Part shown: in pieces, positions 17,909 to 26,591 of the stretch
Layout: every line of letters begins with the position of its first letter
How positions within the stretch are numbered: the first letter of the stretch is position 1
Origin: Thermoplasmata archaeon
GTDB lineage: Archaea; Thermoplasmatota; Thermoplasmata; Lutacidiplasmatales; UBA184
DNA length: 61,677 bases
Direction of reading: 5' to 3'
Assembly (NCBI GenBank): GCA_021801925.1
Contig: JAKABH010000004.1
Coordinates: 1-61,677 of the forward strand
Translations under genes and position numbers: made by a program
Notes under the pieces: generated by a model
What the model saw: only the letters and a program-made list of their open reading frames with translations
Told to the model about the DNA's origin: nothing
Databases searched by the model: none

Positions 17909-19325
17909 GGACCTCCTCTTCGTAGAAGCGTTCGGCGAAGCGGGTCTCCATCGGCCCGATCGGCAGCACGGGCTCCTCCGGTCCGCGGAAGTAGCCGAGG
18001 AGGGCCGCCGCCGCGGCGAGCCGGACGGCGCGCGATTTGAGGCGGGGGGAGAACTTCGGGAACGGGGTCCCCTTGAGCGATCGCTCCGAGACGGCGCGGA
18101 GCGCGTCGTAGAGCGGCCGCTCCAGCCGGATCGGCCGGCGCCGAAAGCGCGCGGCGACGAGGGGATGGCCGGTCTGGATCGCATGGACCAGGACGAGGTG
18201 GTCCTGGATCCGGCCCGCGAGGTCGAATTCGATCTCGCCGAGCTCCAGCCGCTCCGCGCTCGCCTCGACCGCCCGGAAGCGCTCGCGGGTCATCGGGTGG
18301 AAGCGGAGGAGCATCCGGTCCTCGAGGGCCGCGAAGTTCGGGTCCCCGATCGTCGTCCAGTAATCGTCGGCGCCCGCCGTCCGGACGTTGTAGTTGACCG
18401 AGAAGAAGGAGCGGAAGGTGTACGGGCCGACCGTGCCGAGGGTCGTCTCCCACTTCACCTCGCGCTGTTCCATGACCAGCTTGAGCGGTTCGACCATCCC
18501 GCGGTACTTGAACCAGTCGTTGAACTCGGGAACGATGAAGTTGAAGACCCGCCCGGCGTACGAGGCGCCGACCCGGAGGAACTGCACGGGGGTGATCCCT
18601 CCGCAGTAGCGATTCCGCCCCGGGAGGCCGTGGGCCGGCACGCCGCTGCGCGGATTCCCCCGGACGAGGTCGTCGATCGAGAACGTCTTGCCGGTGCCGG
18701 GCGGCCCGAACAGGGCGAGATGGAAGCCGGTCGCCCCCGTGGCGCGGCCCGTCGGGGCGATCAGGGGCACGTCGGCGAGGGCGTACTGCTGCAGGAGAGA
18801 GATCAGCGAATCGAAGTAGAGCGCCTCGCCGAACAGGCCCCGGAGGTACTCCGCCAGCGCGTCGACCGAGAAGCTCCGCCCGAAGGCGATGGTCGCCTCG
18901 AGCCGGTGGTGAAGGACGTCCCGCAACCGGTCCAAAAACTCGCCGTCCATCGCCCGGATCTCGGCGCCCTCGTCCGGGACGGGCCCGACCGGCCCGGTGT
19001 CGACCGAGTCGACCCGGGCGACCTCCTCGAGGAGAAGCTGCCGGAGCTCGTCCGGGAACGGGATCTCGAAGAGCTTCTCGCCGCCGCCGGCGGGAAGTTC
19101 GGCCAGCAGGCCGCGGCGTTTGAGCCGGCCCAAAAGGCGTCCCGGGTCGCCGAAGACCCGCTCCCGCAGGAGGCGTGCCCGCAGGTCGGAAAGCCGCAGG
19201 CGGGCGGTCTGCGTCGCGTATCCCCGGAGCGTACGACGGCGGTCCGCATCCCCGACGACCGCCGCCAGGACGCGGGCGACCGGCACGTCCGACGCGACAA
19301 TGTCGAGGCCGGACGACGCTGCCAC
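17871..19325 (-). CDS. Divergent AAA+ ATPase-like protein with MCM-type motifs
   Basis: Walker A LALFGPPGTGKT; FIVPEFND..LKLVMEQREV; SVNYN; AALEDRMLL; FSPRLKSRAVRLAAA. Confidence 0.7.
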   Translation of the reverse strand: MAASSGLDIVASDVPVARVLAAVVGDADRRRTLRGYATQTARLRLSDLRARLLRERVFGDPGRLLGRLKRRGLLAELPAGGGEKLFEIPFPDELRQLLLEEVARVDSVDTGPVGPVPDEGAEIRAMDGEFLDRLRDVLHHRLEATIAFGRSFSVDALAEYLRGLFGEALYFDSLISLLQQYALADVPLIAPTGRATGATGFHLALFGPPGTGKTFSIDDLVRGNPRSGVPAHGLPGRNRYCGGITPVQFLRVGASYAGRVFNFIVPEFNDWFKYRGMVEPLKLVMEQREVKWETTLGTVGPYTFRSFFSVNYNVRTAGADDYWTTIGDPNFAALEDRMLLRFHPMTRERFRAVEASAERLELGEIEFDLAGRIQDHLVLVHAIQTGHPLVAARFRRRPIRLERPLYDALRAVSERSLKGTPFPKFSPRLKSRAVRLAAAAALLGYFRGPEEPVLPIGPMETRFAERFYEEEVRAREGRRGAAAR

Positions 19326-19351
19326 CTTTCGGTCGCCACTCCGAGGAACCG

Positions 19352-19358
19352 TTTATAT
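19352..19358. promoter_or_regulatory. Probable bidirectional TATA element
   Basis: TTTATAT (reverse ATATAAA) lies about 25-27 nt from both divergent GTG starts (19325 and 19383). Confidence 0.55.
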
Positions 19359-19382
19359 CAATCCCTACGCCCCTCCGCGGTC

Positions 19383-19937
19383 GTGGTCGGGCACAGCTTC
19401 TCCTCCTACGAGCGGGAGCTGCGCGACCTGCTGCAGGGTGACCGGGGCGCCGTGCTCCGCTACGGGAAGTCGATCGACCCCGCCTCCCGGCCGGCCCTCG
19501 AGCGGGTGCTCCGGGCCCCGTTCCTGGTCGTGCGGGGGGCCGGCTCCCTCGGCTTCGACCTCGTGGCCCTCCGCCGGGAGCTTGCCCTCCCGGTCGAGGT
19601 GAAGGCCTCCGCAGAGCCGACGATCCACTTCACCGCCGCGAGCGGGCGCGCCGCCGAGCAACTCGCCGCGCACCGCGCCGCCGTAGAGCGGGTCGGTCTG
19701 GTCGCGGTGTACGCCTACCGGCGCATCGGCCACCGCGACGGGGACCCGTGGCGGTTCTTCTCCGCCTCGCAACCCCCCGCCCGCGGGACCCTCGGTCTCT
19801 TCGCGAAGCGTCTGCCGCCGGTCGAACGCACCCGGGAGGGGAATGCGGTCCTCCGCTGGGAGAACGGGATGTCCCTCGTCCGGTTTCTGGGGACGGTGCA
19901 TACCCTTTTCGAGCCGACGGAACTGCCGGCGATGTGA
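19383..19937 (+). CDS. hjc: Holliday junction resolvase Hjc-like PD-(D/E)xK nuclease
   Basis: YERELRDLL, FLVVRGAGSLGFDLVALR, PVEVKAS, YAYRR. Confidence 0.78.
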   Translation: MVGHSFSSYERELRDLLQGDRGAVLRYGKSIDPASRPALERVLRAPFLVVRGAGSLGFDLVALRRELALPVEVKASAEPTIHFTAASGRAAEQLAAHRAAVERVGLVAVYAYRRIGHRDGDPWRFFSASQPPARGTLGLFAKRLPPVERTREGNAVLRWENGMSLVRFLGTVHTLFEPTELPAM

Positions 19938-21067
19938 CCGCCCAGGTGGTCGCCACCGGTTTCGCCCGGTTCGGGCGGCGCCCGGAGCCGCTGGTCGCGC
20001 TTGCGGCCGAGGCGGTCGGCGCGGCGCTCGAGTCGATCGGGCGCCGGCCCATCGACCTGGTCGTGGTCGGGAACATGCTCGGCGGCGCCGTGAACCACGA
20101 GGAGAACCTGGTCTCGCGGATCGCCAACCAGACCGGGCTCGAGACGGCGGCCGGGTTCCGGGTGGAGGCGGCGAGCGCGAGCGGCGCCGCCGCGTTCCAC
20201 GCCGCGACCCTGGCGGTGGAATCGGGGCGGTACGAGCGCGCGCTCGTCGTCGCCGCCGAGAAGATGACCGACCGCCCGACGGCGGAGGTCGCCGCGGCCC
20301 TCGCCGCCTCGCTCCACCCGACGGAACGCGCTGTCGGCGCAACGATGCCGGCGCTCGCGGCGCTGGTGAGCCAGCTCTACGGGGACCGGTACGGGGTCGA
20401 CCCGTCGGCCGCCGATCGGGTCTCGGTCGCCGCCCGCCGCGCGGCGGTCGCCAACCCGTTCGCGCAGTTCCGCACGGCGGTGACGGAGGAGGAGGTCGGG
20501 GCGAGCCGGCCGATTGCGCCGCCCCTCCGGCTCCTGCACTGCTCCGCGATCTCCGACGGCGCCGTCGCGGTCGTCCTCGAACGGGGGAAGGGCCCCGCGA
20601 GCGTCGTGGGCCTGGGGCAGGGGTTCGACGCGATGGCCGTCATCGACCGGGCGGATCTCACCTCCTTCGTCGCGACCCGGACCGCGGCCGAGCGGGCGTT
20701 CCTGGCCGCCGGGCGGAGCCCCCGCGAGGTGCAGGTCGCCGAGCTCCACGATGCGTTCGCCCCGTTCCTCTGGATCGACCTCGAGGACCTGGGGTTCGCG
20801 GAGCCGGGGAGCGCGTGGCGATGGTTCGCCGGGGAGCGCGCGCGCCCGGCCTCCGCGCCCGTCGTGAACCCGTCGGGGGGTCTGATCGGTCGGGGGCACC
20901 CGGTCGGCGCCTCGGGGCTCGCCGCGGTCGCCGAGGTCGCCCGCCAGCTTCGGGGCGAGGCCGGCCCGATCGGGGTTGACCCCCGTCCGACGTTGGGGGT
21001 CGCCCAGTCGATCGGGGGCCTCGCCTCGCACAACTTCGTGACGATCCTGGGGGAGGTGGACCGATGA
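19934..21067 (+). CDS. Thiolase-family protein (SCP-x/archaeal type), nucleophile Cys replaced by Ser
   Basis: VEAASASG, AEKMT, CSAISDGA, AELHDAF, VNPSGGLIGRGHPVGASG; GTGA overlap with hjc. Confidence 0.88.
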   Translation: MTAQVVATGFARFGRRPEPLVALAAEAVGAALESIGRRPIDLVVVGNMLGGAVNHEENLVSRIANQTGLETAAGFRVEAASASGAAAFHAATLAVESGRYERALVVAAEKMTDRPTAEVAAALAASLHPTERAVGATMPALAALVSQLYGDRYGVDPSAADRVSVAARRAAVANPFAQFRTAVTEEEVGASRPIAPPLRLLHCSAISDGAVAVVLERGKGPASVVGLGQGFDAMAVIDRADLTSFVATRTAAERAFLAAGRSPREVQVAELHDAFAPFLWIDLEDLGFAEPGSAWRWFAGERARPASAPVVNPSGGLIGRGHPVGASGLAAVAEVARQLRGEAGPIGVDPRPTLGVAQSIGGLASHNFVTILGEVDR

Positions 21068-21456
21068 CGGCGCCGGAGATCGTGGTGAGCCGCTGTCCGT
21101 CCTGCGCGGCGCGCTACCTCCCGCGGGACGGTCCGTGTCCGAAGTGCGGGGCGACGGCCGCCGAACCGTGCCCGTTGCCGGCCCGAGGGACCGTGCTCGC
21201 CGCCACGGAGCTCGCGAGCCCGGTCGCCGGATGGACGGCACCGCACCCGCTGGTGCTTGTCGAGATGGCCCAGTCGGTGCGGGTCCTGTGCGTAGGCTCC
21301 CGCCCCGCGCCGGCCCCGGGGACGGAGGTCGAGGTCGCCCGGGACGGCGACGGCTACCGCTGCTCGGCCGTCGGCGCCGCGGGGCCGGGGGTACGCGGGG
21401 AGGGGGAGTTTCCGGCGGTCGGCGCGGCCGGCCGTCCTTTTGAACCCCCGAGGTGA
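21064..21456 (+). CDS. DUF35 zinc-ribbon/OB-fold thiolase partner
   Basis: CPSC..CPKC, GTVLAAT, PLVLVEM; ATGA overlap with the thiolase. Confidence 0.85.
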   Translation: MTAPEIVVSRCPSCAARYLPRDGPCPKCGATAAEPCPLPARGTVLAATELASPVAGWTAPHPLVLVEMAQSVRVLCVGSRPAPAPGTEVEVARDGDGYRCSAVGAAGPGVRGEGEFPAVGAAGRPFEPPR

Positions 21457-21508
21457 AATCACCACTGGATTAGCAATCCAGCGCCTTGCCGGGCTGGGCC
21501 ATCCCCGC
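21394..21508 (-). tRNA. tRNA-Ser(GCU) with 31-nt non-canonical intron in the T-loop (intron 21438-21408)
   Basis: Spliced sequence GCGGGGATGGCCCAGCCCGGCAAGGCGCTGGATTGCTAATCCAGTGGTGATTTCACCTCGGGGGTTCAAA^TCCCCCTCCCCGCG. It has a perfect acceptor stem, anticodon stem CTGGA/TCCAG with GCT, long variable arm GGTG/CACC, T-stem GGGGG/CCCCC and discriminator G. No CCA is encoded. Confidence 0.9.
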
Positions 21509-21654
21509 GCGGGGCGGCCGAGGAGGGCTCGCTCCTTAAGCCTTCGGGCGGCCGGAAGGGGCGGGCGGTAGGGGGCCCCGCTCGGAGGGGGGCCGCCGCC
21601 GGCGGAACCGTCCGTACGCACCCGCCTTAAGCCGCGGTCGGTCCTTCCGGTCCG

Positions 21655-22929
21655 ATGGCCAGTCGGTATCGGCTCGACCCCATCGAGATCGTCACGCTGC
21701 GTCACGTGCGCAGCCTGATCGCATCCTCCTCCGCTCGCGGAGGGGTCCTCTTCTTCGCCCTGCTCTACGCCCTCGGCTCGGCGTTCAGCAGCGGGATGAT
21801 CCTCATCGCGCGCTTGGGCGGCAGCTACACCGTGACCTGGCTCTGGGGGAGCGGAAACGGCACCGAGTTCTGGAACTACCCGGGGCTGCTCGTCGTGGCC
21901 CCGTGGGGATTCATCGAGGCGCCGTTCTTCCCGACCCTCGCGATGATCGTCGTGGCGATCGGCGTCGGCTACGGCATGACCGTCGCCTTCCTCCTGACCG
22001 CTCGGCTGCTCAAGAACCGCTCCCGGGAGGCCGGCGGGGCGACGGCGACCAGCGCGGTCGCGGGCCTCACCCCCGCGATGATCACGCTCGTCACGTTGGG
22101 GGCCTGCTGCTCGACGACCGCGGCGGCCTCGGCCGGGGTCGGCCTGGTCGCCGTCGCGGCCGGCACGACCACCAACAACCTCCTGCTGAACAACTGGTTC
22201 CTGGGCGTCTTCCAGATCGCGATCGTCTGGGTCGCGTTGCTCGCCCAGGAGCTCCTCCTGATCGTCTACGCCGGGTTGTTCGACCCGAGCGCGCGCCCCG
22301 GATCGGGGGCGGCCGCCGCGACCCCCCGGCTCACCGGCCGTTCCGTCGCGATCGGGACGGCGCGGGCCCTCGTCCTGGTCGGCGCGGTCCTCTGGTCGCT
22401 GTCGATGGTCGCGGAATGGACGACCGTCTCGCCCGCCACGGCGTCGGCCGGCCTCTGGTTCCAGTGGATCGTCGAGCACCAGGTTGTCGCCGGGGTCGCG
22501 ATCGCCGTGGCCCTGTTCCCGACGGGCACCCTTGCGCTGCTCGACCGCCTCTCGCGCCCCGCGAACCTCGCGGTGCGGGGGCTCGTGCTGGTCGGCGCGG
22601 GGGCGATGCTCTGGTCCCCCCCGCCGTTCGCAGCGTGGGGCCTCGACGGGTTCGTGAACCAGGTGCTGTTCGTGGTCGGGGCCCCGGCGGCCTGGGGTCC
22701 GCTCTCCCCGGGCGGGCTCGCGGGCGCCGCCCTCCTCTTCCGCTGGGGCATCGAGTATCTCCTCCTCGCCGGGGTCGGGATCGGGTTCGCCGTCCGGCCC
22801 GACCGATGGATCGGCCGCCTCGCCGTCGGGCGCGGCTGGTCGGTCCCCGAGGGGCGGACGTGCCCGGCGCCTTCGGAGTCGGGGCCGGCGCCGCCCGCGG
22901 GCGCCTCGTCCGTCCCGCCCAGCCCCTGA
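21655..22929 (+). CDS. Multi-pass membrane protein with vicinal Cys motif (GACCSTT)
   Basis: About 8-9 hydrophobic segments; CTTAAG about 25 nt upstream. Confidence 0.75.
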   Translation: MASRYRLDPIEIVTLRHVRSLIASSSARGGVLFFALLYALGSAFSSGMILIARLGGSYTVTWLWGSGNGTEFWNYPGLLVVAPWGFIEAPFFPTLAMIVVAIGVGYGMTVAFLLTARLLKNRSREAGGATATSAVAGLTPAMITLVTLGACCSTTAAASAGVGLVAVAAGTTTNNLLLNNWFLGVFQIAIVWVALLAQELLLIVYAGLFDPSARPGSGAAAATPRLTGRSVAIGTARALVLVGAVLWSLSMVAEWTTVSPATASAGLWFQWIVEHQVVAGVAIAVALFPTGTLALLDRLSRPANLAVRGLVLVGAGAMLWSPPPFAAWGLDGFVNQVLFVVGAPAAWGPLSPGGLAGAALLFRWGIEYLLLAGVGIGFAVRPDRWIGRLAVGRGWSVPEGRTCPAPSESGPAPPAGASSVPPSP

Positions 22930-22950
22930 CGACGGGGGAGAGGTCCCCAC

Positions 22951-25065
22951 GTGATCGGCGGATCGGCCCTGCTCGTCCTCGCCCTGCTCGCCGCCGGTAT
23001 GGCGGCCTCGACCGCCGGGCTCATCAAGTGGGCGGCGACCGCGCGCACGACCCTCCGCGCCGGCACGGTCGTCTTCCTGCTGCTCATGATGGTGGCGATG
23101 ATCGGCGGCGCCCTCGTCTACTTCCTCCGTCCGTCCGCCGGCGGCCTCGTCGGGGGCTTCTGGTTCGCCAGCGCGCTGATGTCGGTCAGCGTCGTCGTGA
23201 TCTTCTACGCCTTCCTGGTCGAGGTCCGGAGCCAGGAGGAGGGTCGCCCCGCGGTGCAGCGGGGTCCGCGGGCCGGATACCTCGCCGCCGTCCTCGGCCT
23301 GGTCCTGCTGAACGAGGTCCTGATGGGGTGGACGTTCGGCCTCGCCGCCGGCACGCTCGGCCCGGGGGCGGCGGACGGGGCCCTCGGGCTGTTCCAGGGG
23401 ATCGTCGCCTCCCCCTGGTTCCTGTTCACGATGGGCGGCGAGATGCTGCTCACCACCTACCTCCTCCGGGACGCGCTGCCCGGCCCCGTGGCGATCGTGC
23501 TCGCCGCGCAGTCGGCGATCATGCTGCTCTCGCCGCCCGCCCTCCTGAGCGGCGCGTGGCGGGCGTTCGCCATCTATGCCGGCAGCGCCGCGATGATCGG
23601 TCTGTTCGTCTACCTCATGGAGTTCATCTACCGTCACCGCCAGCTGACCGCCGCCTTCGCCCGCTACCTCGTCCGCCTCCTCGCCGTCTACGGGGCGATG
23701 ATGCTCGGCCTCTACCTCTGGCTGGCCGACGGGAACGTCCTCCTCTTTGCGGTGGCGGTCGTCGCCGAGATGGTCCTCTTCTTCGACACGGTGCTCCGGT
23801 CGGAGCCGTACCGGGAGCCGCCCCGGGTCGTCTGGCAGCTGCGGCCGAACTGGGCGTTCGCGCTGCTCGCGGGGGTCTTCGTCGCGGAGGTGTTCATGGG
23901 GGCCCTCCTCGACCTCCAGATCGCCCCCGCGGCGTTCGCGGGGGCGTTCCGGCCGCTGCCGCTTGCGGGGCCCCTCGGCACCGTCGCCTACGACGCCGTC
24001 TACAACGGGTTCTGGTTCCTGGCGGCGACGACCGCGTCGACCTGGTTCCTCGCGATGATGGGGGTCGAGATGGGGACCCTCGTCTACTTCAAGTTCCGGG
24101 AGAGCCGGGAGCTCGAGACCCGCATCCGCCTGGTCCTCGTGATGGGGATGTACGGCGGCTTTGCCGTCTTCTTCCCGAGCGCCTACTACGCGGCGGTCTT
24201 CCCGGGCGCCCCGTCCGGGGCCGCGGTGCCGCTCCTCGGCTGGTCGATGGGGATCGGCACGGAGGCGCTCGGCCTCGGGGTCCTCGGGGTCGTCGCGCTG
24301 ACGTACGTCATCGCGGGGGCGGCGTCGGCCCTCTTCGGCCGGCGGGCGATCTGCGGGACGTTCTGCACGGCCGCGCTGATGTACCAGGGGACGACGCTCG
24401 ACGCGATGAAGTCGTTCAACCGAAGCGCCCGGGTCGGCCACAAGTACCTCGGCAGCCGACTGAGCACGGCCTACTCGGTCACCACCGGCGCCGCCGTGGG
24501 CGGGCTCCTGCTGGCGACGACCGCCTCGGTCCTCGACACGGCCGGGATCTGGCACGTCCACGTGCTCGGCGCGGACCCGACCGTCTTCTTCTATGCCCTC
24601 TCGTTCTCGGTCCTCTGGTACGTGACGTTCGTCGCGACGCCGTACCTGGGGACGTACAACTGCGTCACGCTCGGCTACTGCTACACGGGGGCGATCGCCC
24701 AGGCGTTCCAGAAGATCGGGTTCTACAAGCTCAAGGTCGACTCTCCCGAGGTCTGCCGTCGCTGCACGACGCTCGACTGCGCGAAGGCGTGCCCGATCGG
24801 CCTGGTCGACATGCCCGGGCATTTCCGGACGAAGGGGGAGTTCCGCAGCTCGAAGTGCTGCGGGGTCGGCGACTGCGTCGGCGCCTGTCCCTACGGGAAC
24901 CTCTACGTCTACGACGTGCGCCACTGGCTGCGGGAGCGGCTCGGCCGTCCGCCCCGGGTCGAGCGGGTGCACCGCCTTCCGATGGTACCGGCCCGGCCGG
25001 CCGCCGGGCCTTCGGCGGCGGTCGCCTCCGCGGCGTCCGCGAACGGGCCGATGCCGGGCCGCTGA
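22951..25065 (+). CDS. Polytopic membrane polyferredoxin (NosR/FixG/FoxG-like C-terminal 4Fe-4S region)
   Basis: More than 14 TM-like segments, then [46 protein letters not shown]. Confidence 0.8.
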   Translation: MIGGSALLVLALLAAGMAASTAGLIKWAATARTTLRAGTVVFLLLMMVAMIGGALVYFLRPSAGGLVGGFWFASALMSVSVVVIFYAFLVEVRSQEEGRPAVQRGPRAGYLAAVLGLVLLNEVLMGWTFGLAAGTLGPGAADGALGLFQGIVASPWFLFTMGGEMLLTTYLLRDALPGPVAIVLAAQSAIMLLSPPALLSGAWRAFAIYAGSAAMIGLFVYLMEFIYRHRQLTAAFARYLVRLLAVYGAMMLGLYLWLADGNVLLFAVAVVAEMVLFFDTVLRSEPYREPPRVVWQLRPNWAFALLAGVFVAEVFMGALLDLQIAPAAFAGAFRPLPLAGPLGTVAYDAVYNGFWFLAATTASTWFLAMMGVEMGTLVYFKFRESRELETRIRLVLVMGMYGGFAVFFPSAYYAAVFPGAPSGAAVPLLGWSMGIGTEALGLGVLGVVALTYVIAGAASALFGRRAICGTFCTAALMYQGTTLDAMKSFNRSARVGHKYLGSRLSTAYSVTTGAAVGGLLLATTASVLDTAGIWHVHVLGADPTVFFYALSFSVLWYVTFVATPYLGTYNCVTLGYCYTGAIAQAFQKIGFYKLKVDSPEVCRRCTTLDCAKACPIGLVDMPGHFRTKGEFRSSKCCGVGDCVGACPYGNLYVYDVRHWLRERLGRPPRVERVHRLPMVPARPAAGPSAAVASAASANGPMPGR

Positions 25066-25127
25066 CGCCGACGGTCCCCGGTCGGCCGGGTTATGTATCG
25101 GTCGACCGCTCGCCGGGCGAGGAGCCG

Positions 25128-26090
25128 ATGCGCGTCATCCGAGCCGGGGTGGTCGGGGCCGGGACCATGGGCGCGGCGATCGCCGAACTGCTCGCCTACA
25201 ACGGCGTGGAGGTGGTCCTGACGGACGTGGACGGCCCGGCCGTCGACCGGGGCCTCGCGCGCGTCCGCTCGATCGTCGACGACCTGGTCCGGTTCCACGA
25301 CGGACGGGCCGACACCGAGATCGGGCGCCTCACCGACCTGGTCGGTGCCCTCTCCGACGAGCAGACGGCGCGGCTGCGCCAGAAGCTCGCTTCCCGCTTC
25401 CCCCGGGCCCGCGGCGACGAGGTCGCCGCGCGGGTCCGCGGAACGACCGACTGGGCCGACTTCGCCGACGTCGATCTCGCGATCGAGGCGGTCTTCGAGC
25501 GCGAGGCGGTCAAGCGCCCGGTCCTCGAGGCGCTCGACCGGGCGCTCCCCGAGCACGCGGTGATCGGATCGAACACCTCCTCCCTCTCGATCACCCGGCT
25601 CGCCCGCGGGCTCCGCCACGTCCGCGCGTCGCTCGGCGTGCATTTCTTCAATCCCCCGTACACCCTGCCCCTCGTCGAGGTCGCCGCGGGGGTCGAGACC
25701 CGCGAGGAGGTCGTCACCGAGACGATCGAGTTCCTGCAGGGGCTGCGCAACCACCGGTACCCGCTCCTTCCGATCCGGGTGCGCGAGTCGCCCGCGTTCG
25801 TCGTGAACCGGCTGCTGATCCCCGTCCTCAACGAGGCGTGTTTCGCCCTCTCGGAGCAGCTCGCCTCGTCCCGGGACATCGATGCGGCGATGAAGGCGGG
25901 CGCCGGCATGCCGATGGGGCCGTTCGAGCTCGCCGACCTGGTCGGCCTCGACGTCACCCTCGAGGTCGCCGAGACGCTCCACCGCGAGCTGGGGGACCCG
26001 AAGTACCGTCCCGCCCCGCTCCTGCGCCGGCTGGTCGACGCCGGCCACTTGGGCCGGAAGAGCGGCCGCGGCTTCTACGAGTACGTCTGA
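25128..26090 (+). CDS. 3-hydroxyacyl-CoA dehydrogenase
   Basis: [51 protein letters not shown]. Confidence 0.93.
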   Translation: MRVIRAGVVGAGTMGAAIAELLAYNGVEVVLTDVDGPAVDRGLARVRSIVDDLVRFHDGRADTEIGRLTDLVGALSDEQTARLRQKLASRFPRARGDEVAARVRGTTDWADFADVDLAIEAVFEREAVKRPVLEALDRALPEHAVIGSNTSSLSITRLARGLRHVRASLGVHFFNPPYTLPLVEVAAGVETREEVVTETIEFLQGLRNHRYPLLPIRVRESPAFVVNRLLIPVLNEACFALSEQLASSRDIDAAMKAGAGMPMGPFELADLVGLDVTLEVAETLHRELGDPKYRPAPLLRRLVDAGHLGRKSGRGFYEYV

Positions 26091-26176
26091 GCCGGTGGAG
26101 GCGGCGGAGCCGGCCGGGGCGAGCCGCCCCGCGGGTCCCGACCGCCCTTAAAAGCCGGTACGACTTCCGCGGGAGC

Positions 26177-26575
26177 GTGCCGTTTCCGTCGGCGGCGTGG
26201 GCCGAGGCGTTCCGGATCGCGGTGAACCAGAACGAGGCGTACCGCGACGCCGCCCGGGCCTGGGAGGGCGACATCGTCTTCCTGGTGCGGCCCCCGGACG
26301 CCCAGGCGCCGGCGCCCGGCATCCACCTCGAGCTCGCCCACGGCACCTGCTCCGCCGCGACGTTCCACCCGGACGCTCGGGCGGTGGCGAGCGAGTTCGT
26401 CTACGAGGGGTCGCCCGAGAACTGGGCGCGCCTCCTGCGCGGGGAGGTCGACCCCGTGAAGTCGATCCTGGACGGGACGTTCAAGATCCGCGGGAACCTC
26501 GCCAAGGCGATGCGCTTTACCCGCGCCGCGAAGGAACTGGTCGAGACGGCGGCCCGCATCCCGGCCGACGGCTGA
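26177..26575 (+). CDS. SCP2 sterol/lipid-binding domain protein
   Basis: FPSAAWAEAF..N..Y..AARAWEG, LLRGEVDPVKSILDGTFKIRGNL; TTAAAA about 25 nt upstream. Confidence 0.85.
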   Translation: MPFPSAAWAEAFRIAVNQNEAYRDAARAWEGDIVFLVRPPDAQAPAPGIHLELAHGTCSAATFHPDARAVASEFVYEGSPENWARLLRGEVDPVKSILDGTFKIRGNLAKAMRFTRAAKELVETAARIPADG

Positions 26576-26591
26576 GCGGCCCGGGCCGCTC

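Noticed and set aside
20377-24972. Very long alternative-frame ORFs (e.g. 1531 aa here; also 30174-33533, 47738-50467, 7727-10585)
   Set aside because: They are Arg/Pro/Gly-rich shadow frames of well-supported genes, expected at this GC content, and carry no family motifs.
21903-26090. Apparent 1395-aa fusion ending in 3-hydroxyacyl-CoA dehydrogenase
   Set aside because: The upstream part is an off-frame shadow of two membrane genes. The real start is ATG 25128, with its own GGAG and an AT-rich element.
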